Source of the DNA: Camelus dromedarius
Lineage: Eukaryota
NCBI RefSeq assembly: GCF_036321535.1
Contig: NC_087436.1
Location: 19,222,001 to 19,286,000, forward strand
DNA length: 64,000 nucleotides
Direction: 5' to 3'
The notes under the pieces were generated by a model. The model had not been told where the DNA came from and did no database searches. It was given only the letters and a program-made list of their open reading frames with translations. The translations under genes and the position numbers were made by a program. Shown one piece after another: positions 1 to 11,620 of this stretch (positions are counted from its first letter, which is position 1; each line of letters starts with the position of its first letter).

Positions 1-40
1 CTAAGCATGCACTCTACCACTTAAGCTATACACCCTCCCC
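1..40 (-). mobile_element. 5' end of a tRNA-derived SINE (camelid Vic-1-like), cut by the window edge
   Basis: Reverse complement reads GGGGGAGGGTGTATAGCTTAAGTGGTAGAGTGCATGCTTAG, containing a Pol III A-box and matching the SINE heads at 33845, 34816 and 45087. Confidence 0.85.
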
Positions 41-210
41 CAATTTTTAACAGTTCTTTTAAAAAATTATAAGTAGAAGATTCTTGAGGGAAAAATGACA
101 TTGACATTAGAATTGTTCATTGTGATTGAAGAAATTCTGTTGCATTTTCTATCTCGATACAAGTATTTGAAGATACCCTGTATAAACTTAAACTTCACAA
201 TAAGCCTTAG

Positions 211-403
211 GCTGTTTCTCAAGGGTGCAACTCAAGGACCACTTGCATCAAAAATTACCTGATTAGTGGTGGTGGTGGGAGGGGTTGTTATAAATGCTTA
301 TGCTAGGGCCTTACCACAGACTTATTGAACTGGAATCTCTAGTGAAGGGACTTGAGAATTTGCTTTCAGCAAGCTCCCCAGGTGATTCTCAGGTGTGAGA
401 ACT
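211..403. mobile_element. MER5-type hAT-Charlie non-autonomous DNA transposon
   Basis: Degenerate ends GTTTCTCAA...TGAGAACTG; internal CAGACTTATTGAACTGGAATCTCT and CAAGCTCCCCAGGTGATTCT are typical of MER5. Confidence 0.75.
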
Positions 404-2411
404 GATCTTAAATTTTTCTGTATTTTAAGGTGGTAATGCCGGGTTAGCTTTTCCTCATGAGTACGTGATATTTCACTAACGTGTAAACCTATTTAGTGGG
501 TCTTCAGATAACATTTCTTAGCAATATTGTAAATTCACATATGAAAAATGGAAAGCACTTTAAACCAGTCTATCTCTTCCTTTTGCCTCCTTTAGACATC
601 TATTTTAAAATCAAATCAAAGTCCTTGAACTCTTCCTTCCTAATTCCAACTCTTATTTGTTACTTCACATCATTTATAAGAAATAATCGTCTTTTTCTCT
701 GCTCAGTTACCTTTCTTTTTTCCTTCTAAATGTTTTTAAAATTTCACTTCCCCAAGAAGCCTCCCTACCCATCCAACCCAGGTTGAAACATGGCTAAGTA
801 TCACCTATTCACAGTGCACAGTTCTAAATGGCATATGAGAGCATCATTTTTCAATAGGTTTGCATGTCACTGATTTTTACTAAACGTTATCCTCCACTGT
901 GGCACGGGGGGTGGGTAGGAATTTTCTCATCATGTCATTCTGTTTTGATACACTCTGGATACAACAGGTTAGATGGTTTCTCTAGAAAAAGGTCTTCAAA
1001 GTATCATTAAAGTATAGGGGAAATCTGTCTTTACTGGGTTCTAAAATGAAACAGGAAACCCGCCAAGCAGCTGTCATAGGGATCACACGCACGCGAAATC
1101 AGGCTTCAATCTGACACATTTGATGTTGGTAAAGAATGGGGCTTGAGACCTGGTGTTATAAAGTCACTCTGTAAAATGTCTTCCAATTTCACATTCACTT
1201 TTGCTGTGGATGGAACAGTGTCTCCCGTATTGGTGGTATCACCATGGCAAAGCCCATCACGGGGACGTTATCTTCATACCTTAGCCAAAGCAAAATGTCC
1301 CGATTTACATGCTGTGCGTCAGAGGAACCCTCTCCCATTGACTCAGCTTCAAAAACAAAAAGGGACAGAATTCTTATGTGTTCGCGGGGAAACATGGGGT
1401 TAAAGTGGACTGCATTTCAGGAAGTGTGCAGTTGACTTGCTCGGTGGTGAGAGGTTGCAGTCCTAGCTAATGACTTGTAGGTAAGGAATCCTCAGTTCTC
1501 TCAGGTGGTTTCAGTCGATCAGTTTCAGCAGAATGATGAAAAGGTTGAGATAAAATAAACTGACAGTTGCTACTCATCGTACGCAGCAAGCTGCACCCAG
1601 GCAGCTGAGACCCTGGGAGCCCTCTTTCTTAAACAAAGGCTTTCACTGCAGTGAGCAATGAACTCCAAATGAAAAAAAAAATGGGGGCAGATTGGCAGCT
1701 GGTGACCGGCAGGAGGAGGGAAAGGAGGGAAACTGGGAAACACAGCAATTGTTGGCTAATTAGAAGCCATTCCCACCTACTTAATACCAACCCATTAAGC
1801 AGAAAAGACTTTTCATCTTTCTCTCCTGCTACACATGACATTATACTCCAATCAATACCCTCCCACTGGCTGCCTCAGTGCCCACAAATGAATACACTGC
1901 AAGTTTAAGAATGCAGTAATTGATTTGGGACACTGAAACTGCAGCTTTCACAGTATATTTTTTGAAGATACTAATGCAATGTTTGTGATGCTTAGATAAA
2001 GTAATCATATCTGTAAACTGACAGCTGTCAAAATTGAAAAACATAAAAGAAAACCAAATCATGGTAGACGTATTTGAGCCTTAATAACAAACAATCTTGT
2101 AAATCAATTTTCCCCCTTTGGGGAGAACAACTCAAATATTTGGCTTAATAAATTCACTGTCACTACCTCCATTTCGATCCTTTACACACACACACACACA
2201 AAATTTACAAGATGACATATGGGAAGCACACTAGGTATACATAAAATTATATTGCATTATGTTTGAGCAGGATTTTAATAGAATTTTTTCATTGGTCTCA
2301 CTTTTAAACTTACGGGAATTTATCTCAACAACTTTAATAAACTACTGGAAATTTATCCTAATGAAATAGGATAATATTTGTGTACCATTACCTTCATATT
2401 ATTTTGAACAA

Positions 2412-2438
2412 TTTCCCATCTTTCCTTTGCAGGTGAGT
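2412..2438 (+). other. Candidate recursive splice site (3' splice site directly abutting a 5' splice site)
   Basis: TTTCCCATCTTTCCTTTGCAG|GTGAGT, with no AG dinucleotide in 2371-2430. Motif evidence only. Confidence 0.3.
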
Positions 2439-3469
2439 TTAGTGACTCTCAGAAACAGATTCTATCTTAAATAATATTTACATGAAAAAATATATAAATG
2501 TTATTTGTCCTTGTTTCAGTTCTATAACAATTATAAAACATTTTTCTTGAACCTAAATATCAGCTTCCAAATTTTATAGTTTTCTAACCAATATTCAGCC
2601 CTTACACAGTATTTCTGAGACATTGATCACAGTGTTAGCCAGATACTTATGGATGTTGGAGCAGCAGATAATAGAAAAGAAAGGCTGTTCCTCTACGCTA
2701 CGTCAAAATAACTAGGAGCAAATAGAATTTCAGAAACTGAGATTTAAAGTCATTGTACTGAAGGTGGTGATACAAGACTGCCTTGTAATTTCAGAGTAGG
2801 ACTTTCAGTGGGGAGAATTTATTGAAAATTATGCTGGTCCAAGAGCAGAGCATGGTGCTATGGTTTCATTTGTGTGCATAAACAAATGAGATGAGATCCA
2901 AATTATCTTTGTATCGAGTGTTAGTAGAATGGGTTAAGCTTTGCATGTTGACTTAACTGTGTTATTTTTAAAGAAGATATTTCGAACACAAGCTTGATTA
3001 CTGCCCAAAGTATTGACTGGCAGTGCCAGACATTTGATACCAACCACTCATACTCACAACTTATACACATTTAGAAGTAGACTACCAAAGATGGCACGCT
3101 GCAGGGAGAGGAATAGGAAGAGGGAATCTTCTTGCTTTAAAATTGTGACTTGATTCCAAAACACAGCCCTATTCATCAGTTTTATTTCTCAGAAACATTT
3201 TAACTACTGATATCAAGCCTTATTAGTAACTCACAGGAAAATTCTTCTGGTCTCCCCAGCCAACCCAAGTTTACTATTTCAAATGGAAGTGTGTGTGTGT
3301 GCGTGTGTGCGCATGCATGAATGTTCATGGTTGTGTGTAGTCATAGATTCCATTAGAAAAATGGAAGTAACACCAAAAGTGTTAACATCACTTCGAGATT
3401 TATTAACAGAAATGCTCACAGAAACAGCAAGTCTTTCATTATTAGGATTCAGTTTTAGTTTTGAAACCA

Positions 3470-3690
3470 GACAGGCATGTGAAAGCACTGAAAGGGAGTC
3501 ACAAAATTATAATGAAGTTTAACCACTGGGAAAACGTGACATGAGTTAAGGTTGAGACTAGTTTAGGCTGTGGAGAGAGAAGATTCCCTAATGACCTAAT
3601 AACTATCTTCAAGTCGGTGTCATTAAGGAAAGGATACTTGACAACCGTCCTCCATCTTCTCAGAGAACGGAGCAAAAGAAAATGGATTTA
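3470..3690 (+). mobile_element. L3/CR1 LINE fragment
   Basis: GTTTAGGCTGTGGAGAGAGAAGA...ATAACTATCTTCAAGT...GTCA resembles the L3 ORF2 3' consensus. Confidence 0.55.
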
Positions 3691-4139
3691 CTATTAGAGT
3701 ATATAAATACTTCATTTATCGATCAAACTTTGATGATTTCAACAGCCCAAACATTTACTTTGTTGTTGCTGTGTTGAAGCAATTACAACCTACTTTACAG
3801 AAGAGTATATTTACCCTTTAATAAGTATATTAAAAACAAGGCAGCATGTTATAAACAGGTATAGTGACAACATCAATAAACATTAGCTGAAAATAAAAAG
3901 GAAGTTCACAAACACACACACACACATGCATAAAAGAACATTCATACAAGCACTCAGTAGTCTAGGGCCATTTTATGTGGGAGCAAAGAGACCTTACAAA
4001 CTCAATGATCTTTTACTATATTACATAATCATTTTTTTCATTCATGGCCCTTGGCCACCAAGAAAAGATTAAATTACACTCATTTTTAGTTTATTTAAAC
4101 ATGCAGGGGGATCCTAGGAAATTTTCTTTTGTAGAATTT

Positions 4140-4310
4140 TAGTGATGTCAGAGTCCCAGATTTCTAGTTCAGTCTTTATTTTACAGATGAATAAACTTAT
4201 GTTTATGGGAGGTGAACTGTCCTACCCCAGAGCAAACAGAGGAAGTGGCAGGATCAGAACCTGAATGCATATCCACAAAGCACACCTTACATTCTTTGCA
4301 TTTTACTGTT
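4140..4310 (-). mobile_element. MIR SINE
   Basis: Core TTTATTTTACAGATGAATAAACT followed by AGTGGCAGGATCAGAACCTGAA. Confidence 0.65.
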
Positions 4311-4517
4311 CTGCCTGCAACAATTTTACTATTTAATATTTTTTTTAGTTTTGACACCTAGTGGAGTAAAATTAAGTTATCTAAAAAGTTGACCCTCTGC
4401 CATCTAAACAAAAGATTGGGAAAACAAGAGAATTTGAAAACTAATTCAAGCTACTGAGTTAATTATTCAATCCATTTCACAAGTCTTCAGAAAGCTTAGA
4501 GATGGAAATGAGTCTTA

Positions 4518-7500
4518 GGGGGATGGTCCAAAATAGCAGCACAGAAAAATCCTAAACTCATCTCCTCCCAAGGACACACCAAATATGCAGCTGTCTATGG
4601 GATAACTCCTGCTAAAAAGAACTAAAAACTAGTTTCACAGCCTCCTCCATAATAAGGGATAGAAAGACACAGTGAGACAGGTAGGAGAAGCAGAGGCATG
4701 GTCTTGCCAAAAACCTTATTCCTGGTGCAGCAACACACAATACTAAGGGATCTCACGGGCCCACAGCCTCTCTCCCTGAGGCACGAGGGGTTTGTGTTCG
4801 TATTAGGTATCTCAACTCTTGGAACCTGAACCAGAGAAACAAGGCCCTTAAGACATCTGGCTTTGACACTATTTACAATATTCAAGACATGGAAGCAACC
4901 TAAATGTCCATTGACAGATGACTGGATAAAGAAGATGTGGTATATTTATGCAATGGAATACTACTCAGCTATAAAAAAAGAGTAAAATAATGCCATTTTC
5001 AGCAACATGGATGGATCTGGAGATCTTCATACTAAGTGAAGTAAACCAGAAAGAAAAAGAAAAATACCAGATGATATCACTCATATGTGGGACCATAGAA
5101 AAAAAAAGGACACAAATAAACTTATTTACAAACAGAGACAGACTCACAGACACAGAAAACAAACTTATAATTACCAGGGGGGAAGGAAGTAAGCAGGGAT
5201 AAATTGGGATTTCAGGATTTGTAGATACAAACTACTGTATATAAAATAAATAAACAACAAGGTCCTACTGTTTAGCACAGAGAACTTTATTCAATACCTT
5301 ATAATGTCTATAATGAAAAAAGTATGTATGTGTAAATAAATCACTATGTTGTGCACCAGAAATTAACACAACACTGTAAATTGATTATACTTGAATTAAA
5401 AGAAAGAAAGCAAGCAAGCAAGAAAGAAAAACAACATCTGGCTTTGGTAACAAACAGGGTTTACATCTAGGACATCTGAAGGACTATGGGAATCTGAGAT
5501 ATTCCTGTTGAGAGGCTAACGTCCAATCTTACTTATCCCAGGAGCCAAGACAAAGGTAACAATTTGAGAGGTGACTGAAATATATGTGAAGGAGATTCAG
5601 TTCTAATCTTGAAGAGTCTGCAGGAGGGGCAGGGATTAGTTGGAATTTTCCTCGGGGACAGAGGTGTCATACAGCACTATTTTTTACACTCTCCCTTTAC
5701 TTTGCTATCACAGGTGGGCATGTGGGAACATAACCTCAATAAAGCTGAGGGCATGCTGCATCCCCAGTACTCATCCTCAACCTCACTAAAGCCACGGATG
5801 TGCTTCACCATTAGCATTCTTCTCTGGCATCACTAAAACCCAGGGCGTGCCCCAATCCACTGCTCTCCCACAGCCTCAATAAAGCTGGAAAACCAGCACA
5901 GTGCACATGCAGGACACCTCTTGATTGTCTGACTCTGATGGACAGAGTGGTTTGTGTTCCTTGGTCCCACAAGAACTGTAATAATTGGAAAGACAGAGTT
6001 CTTGGCAAGATACCACATCTAGGAAACTCCACAGACAGCAGACTGAAACACACCACCACTCTGCAAGTGAAAAAGGCCTATTTAATTGTTGTGGAACTTC
6101 AACCTAAGGGACAGGCTTCAGGTTTGCCACATATCTAAATGCTACACAGGTATACCATCTATGTGTCTTCCCTTGGCCTCACCACAGATGGTGTTACCTC
6201 TCAGAAATGAGCCTCAGCTTTCATATGAAGTCCAGTTTCTTGCAACTATTGCCCTGAGAACACCTCCAGATCTTCTGGTCTAAGGGTCAGCAGGGTCTGC
6301 AATTCCAATACCCCAGGATTGTATAAAGTACACAGGACTGTGTACTTTAAATCTGCTATCTAAGAACTCGATTCCAATAAGCCTGATCCTGGTGTTGACC
6401 AAGATCACTCCCTTTGGAACACTGAAAGGTCTTGGCACACCCTCAACAACTGGGACCTATCAAGAATAAATCAGGCTCCTAAAGCAATCATGAAGACAAG
6501 AGCTAGGCCAAGAATGGATGATAAAATTCATCTCCTACACAAGGCCACTTCTTCAAGACTAGAAGAGACAGCTGTTTCACCTAATACATAGACATAGGGA
6601 TTCTGAGAAAACAGAGACATATGTTCCAAACCAAAGAACAGGACAAAACCTCAGAAAAGCTCTTAATGAAACAGAGATAAGTAATCTACCTGATAAAGAG
6701 TTCAAAGTAATGATCATAAAAGATGCTCACCAAACTCAGGAGAAGAATAGATGAACACAGTGAGAATGTTAACAAAAAGACAGGAAATATAAGAAAGTAC
6801 CAAATAGAAGTCACAGAGTAGAAGAATACAATAACTGAACTGAAAAATACACTAGAGGCATTCGACAGCAGATTAGATGAAGTAGAAGAACAAATCAGTG
6901 ACCTGGAAGACAGGGCAGTGGAACTCACCCAAATACAGCAGCAAAAAGAAAAAAGAACTTTAAAAAGTGAAGATAACTTAAGACCTGTGGGACAACATCA
7001 AGTGGAATCACATTCACATTATTGGGGTCCCAAAAGGAAAAGAGAGAAAGAAAGGGGAGAAAAGCTTATTGGAAGAAATAACAACTGAAAGCTTACCTAA
7101 CCTGGGGAAGAAAAAAGACATCCAGGTCCAGAAAGCCCAGAGAGTTCCAAATAAGAAGAACTCAAAGAGATCCACTCAGAATACATTATAATTAAAATGT
7201 CTTAAGTTAAAGAGAGAATCATAAAAGCAGTAAGAAAAAAACAATTTGCAGGCCAAAAGGGAGTGACATGATATATACAAAGTGCTGAAAAGAAAGAACA
7301 TCCAACCAATAATACTCTACTGAGCAAAGTTATCATCAGAATGGAAGGAGAGATAAAGAGTTTCCATACAAGCAAAAGATACAATTCATCACCACTAAGG
7401 TCTTATTTTAGCTGAAAAGTCTCTAAGAAATTTTAAAAGATTTTATTTGTGCTGCAAGAAAAGACACTACCTGATAGGAAGCAATATGTGAAAGTATAAA

Positions 7501-10095
7501 TCTCACTGGTAAATGCAAATATATAGCAAGGACAGCAAGTTAACCACTTATAAACTAACGTGAAGGTTAAAATACAAAAGTAATAAAATTAATTATAACT
7601 ACCATAATTAAGGGATACAAAAATAAGTTACCACAGTTAAAAGATACAAAAATAAGATTTAAAATATAATATCAAAAACATAAAATGAGGGATGGAGGAG
7701 TAATAATGTAGAATTTTTACTATGTGTTCAAATTTAAGTTGCTGCCAATATAAAAGGCTGCTATATATAAAAACTGTTATATGTGAGCCTCACAGTAACA
7801 AAAATGTGAAACCCTACAGCAGATACACGAAAGATAAAGAAAGGAATCTAAGCATAACACTAAAGAAATTTATCAAACCATAAGGGAAGAGAACAAGAGA
7901 AGAAATGAACAGAAAGGAACTATAAAAACAGCTAGAAAATAATAAATGCCAATAAGTATATATTTATCAAAAATTACTTTAAATGTAAATGTATTAAATT
8001 CTTTAATAGAAAGACATAGAGTGGCTAAATGGATAAAAAAAAATCAGCTAATCTACAAGAGACTCACTTCATATCTAAGGACATACACAGTCTAAAAATG
8101 AAGGGATGGAAAAGTATTTTCCATGGAAATAGAAACCAAAAGATAGCTGGTGTAGCTGTACTTATACCAGACAAAAACTGGCTTTAAAACAAAGAAAGTA
8201 ATAAAAGACAAAGAAGAGCATTACATAATGATAAAAGGGTCAATCCAACAAGACGATTTGACATTTTCAAATATTTATGCTACCAGCATAAGATCACCTA
8301 AATACATAGAACAAATATTAACACACCTAAAGGAAGATTTTGATGTAATACAATTATAATAGGTGACTTGAAAATCCCACTTATATCAAGGGATATATCA
8401 TTCATATGGAAATTAATAAGAAAACATCAGCCTTTAACAACACGTTAGACCTTATGAAATTAATAGATATATAGCAAACATTCCATCCAAAAGCAGCAGA
8501 ATACACTTTCCTCTCAAGAGCACATGGAACATTCTCCAGGATAGAGCATATGTTAAGCCACAACACAAGTCTCAATACATTTAAGAAGACTGCAGTCATA
8601 TCAAGAACCTTTTTCAACAACACTGGTATGAAACTAGAAATTAAAGATGAAAACTGAAAAAAAAACACAAATAGGTGAGATTAAACATTATGCTACTAAG
8701 CAACCAATGAATCGTGAAGAAATCAAAGGGGAAAAAATTACATACAGACAAATGAAAATAGAAATACAACATACCAAAATCTATGGGATGCAGCGTAAGT
8801 GGTTCTAAGAGGAAAGTTCATAGCAACATAGGCCCACATCAAGAAACAAGAAAAATCTCAAATAAATAAACTTTTAACTTGAAGGAACTAGAAAAAGAAG
8901 ACAAATGAAGTCCAAAGTTAGTAGAAAGAAGGAAATAATAAATCAGAACAGAAATGAATGAAATAGAGACTAAAAAAGCACTAGAAAAAGATCAATGAAG
9001 CTAAAAGTTGGTTCTTTGAAAGAAGAAACAAAATTGACAAAACTTTAGGTACACTAAAAAAAGGGCTCAAATAAATAAAATGAGAAGTGAAAAAGAAGTT
9101 ATAACTAATTTAAAAAATACAAAAAAATCATAAGAGAATACTATGAATAATTATGCACCAATAAACTGGACAATGGATAAGAAATGAGTAAACTCCTAGA
9201 AAAATACAGTCTTCCAAAACTGAATCATGAAGACAGAAAATATGAATAAACCAATTACTAGTAAGGAGACTGAATCAGTATCAAAAACCTCCCGACAAAC
9301 AAGTCTAGGACTAGAAAGCCTTGCTAATTAATTCTATCAAACATTCAAAGATTTGATACCTATTCTTCTCAAACTCTTCCAAAAAATTCAAGAGGAGGAG
9401 TGCTCCCAAACACATTTTACAAGGCTAACATTACCCTGACACCAAAACTGAAAAAGGATATCATACAAAATTACACACCAATATCCCTGATGAGCATAGA
9501 TGTATAAATCTTCAGCAAAATGTTAGCAAATTGAATTTAACAATACATTAAGAAGCATATACAGTGTAAGCTACTGGGATTTATTCCAGGTATGCAGGGG
9601 TGATTCAACATCTGCAAATCAATGAATGTGTTATACCACATTAACAAGATGAAGGGTAAAAAGCATAAGATCATCTCAATAGATGCAGAAAAAGCACTGG
9701 ACAAAATTCAATATCATTCATGATAAAAACTCTCAATAAAGTGAGTACAGAGAGTACGTACCTCAACATAATAAAGGCCAAATATGACAAGCCCACAGCA
9801 AACTTCATACTCAATGGTGAGAAGCTGAAAGCTTTTCCTCTAAGATCAGGAACGATGCAAGATGGTCGACTCTCCACTTTTTTTCAACATGGTATTAAAA
9901 CTAGTAGCCATGGGAATTAGACAAGAAAAATAAATAAAAAGCACTCAAATAGGAAAGAAAGAAGTAAAACTGTCACTATTTGCAGATGATGTGATCCTAA
10001 TATATAGGAAATCCTGAAGACTGCACCAAAATCTCTTAGAATTAATAATAAATTCAGTAAAATTGCAGCATACAAAATCAATATACAGAAACTGG
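4518..10095 (+). mobile_element. Decayed L1 with 5'UTR, ORF1 (~6600-7420) and ORF2 from ~7946 (endonuclease to RT); 3' part missing
   Basis: L1 5' end (CCAAAATAGCAG...CTCATCTCCTCCCAAGGACACACCAAA); coiled-coil ORF1-like sequence; ORF2 start ATGCCAATAAG...TTACTTTAAATGTAAATG; RT motifs [11 protein letters not shown] (ORF 9720-9920) and LFADD (CTATTTGCAGATGAT, ~9976-9990). Many stops and frameshifts. Confidence 0.95.
4866..5433 (+). mobile_element. Younger 5'-truncated L1 3' end nested in the 5'UTR of the older L1
   Basis: ORF2 C-terminus (MPFSATWMDLEIFILSEVNQKEK), artiodactyl-type 3'UTR and A-rich tail; perfect 13-bp TSD ACATCTGGCTTTG at 4853-4865 and 5434-5446. Confidence 0.95.
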
Positions 10096-11403
10096 ATATA
10101 TGAGTGAGGATAAAAGCTAAGATGCTGAGCAAGAGAGAGAAAAGACAGAAGGTTCGTGTGAAGTTTTGGGGAGGTGTGGCAAGTGTAAAGGAATGTATAA
10201 TGAAGGAAATGGGAGAAGATGTGGTATGTTGGATTGTGGATGAATCCCCTTTGATTATACCTGAAAAGTGCAAGACATTGAATTATACTTCAACTGCTTT
10301 TATTGTTGGACTCTGTTTCCTCTCCTGTGTCAAAACTCAGAAACTGGACCACATGAGTTTCTGGGTTTATAAGTTCTTTTGAGGTTATCTGTTTGAATCC
10401 AAAACTTTTTTCTTCTTTTGCTGATGTTAACTTGAGTACCTATGGTGATTAAAAGTTTGGCCAATTTAAATAAAATAAAATTCCTCGCCTCCAGGCTCTT
10501 ATATTCTATTCTACATAGTCATTCATAGCAGAGAAATAATTACAGAATAAATTAGTTTTATTTGTCATTTTCTATTCTTATAGACATTTCCCTGTAGGTA
10601 TTACAGGGCAGTTTTAAAAACAACAAAACATTATAATGGACAGCGTTTTACATTATGGAGTATATTACATTGACGTAAGAAAATCAGTCACTACCATTTC
10701 TTATTAAACAAAACAGTGGTGTAGTTGTTGCATTGAATGTGGTATTCCCAAATTTATTTCTCTGTGTGTTTCTCTAACAGACTAATGTCATAATAAGTAC
10801 ATAATAAATATTTTATTTCTTAAGTAACATTAGAATATAATTAACAGACATTTTATATTATTATTATTTGACTTTTCCTTTCTCTTGATAATCAATGCAT
10901 TTTCAACAACCATCAATTTTAAATAGTAACATTTTCCATACAAATGACCATGATATAATATTTAATATCTATAAAATAATGAACTCAATAATTTATTTTA
11001 AAAGTGGTCACTTTCTGCACTAAAGTGGCAGGGAAGGGACTATTAGGAAACCAGATAAGACTTCAGTATTGTGTAAAAAGAGTGAAAAAATGTACTACAA
11101 AGTATTAAAGTTTCAGTGTCTTCCGCATGTCTTAAATCAGGATGTCAGAAATCAGTTTGTAGAAGTAAAAACAAAGGTATGGAATTTGTAATTGACAGTT
11201 GTACCACAAGATCCACTTATAAATGGGGTTATTACATCTAAAAAAAAGTCACTGCCATGTTTTAATTAGCCAAACAGCATGCTTAATAGCTGCCTTTGTT
11301 TTGTTTTTCAGTTTCTTTTCTCTTTTGCAGCAATTGGCCTGGAGATTTGCTTGTGGTTGTCACTTTAGACTTTCGTTTACTGAAAATTGATAGTCCAGAT
11401 TTT

Positions 11404-11620
11404 CTCACATAGATACAGAGAACAGAGTAGTGGTTACCAGAAGGACAGGGATGGGTGGAAGGGCAAGATGGGTAAAGGAATCAACTATATCATGATAGAT
11501 GGAAACTAAATTTTTGGTGGTGTTCGTGATGCAGGGCATACAGAAGTAGAACTATAATTTGTACACATGAAACTTAGAAAATGCTATAAACCAATGGTAT
11601 CTCTATAAAAAATAAATTTT
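11404..11620 (+). mobile_element. L1 3'UTR fragment
   Basis: ATAGATACAGAGAACAGAGTAGTGGTTACCAGA...GGAAACTAAATTTTTGGTGGTG...TAAACCAATG followed by an A-rich tail. Confidence 0.85.

Noticed and set aside
1143..1435. Three overlapping 63-86 aa ORFs as a coding exon
   Set aside because: No recognisable protein similarity in any frame and no consistent exon chain; compatible with chance ORFs in locally GC-richer DNA.
7599..7656. 29-bp imperfect tandem duplication
   Set aside because: Ordinary slippage duplication inside a dead L1.
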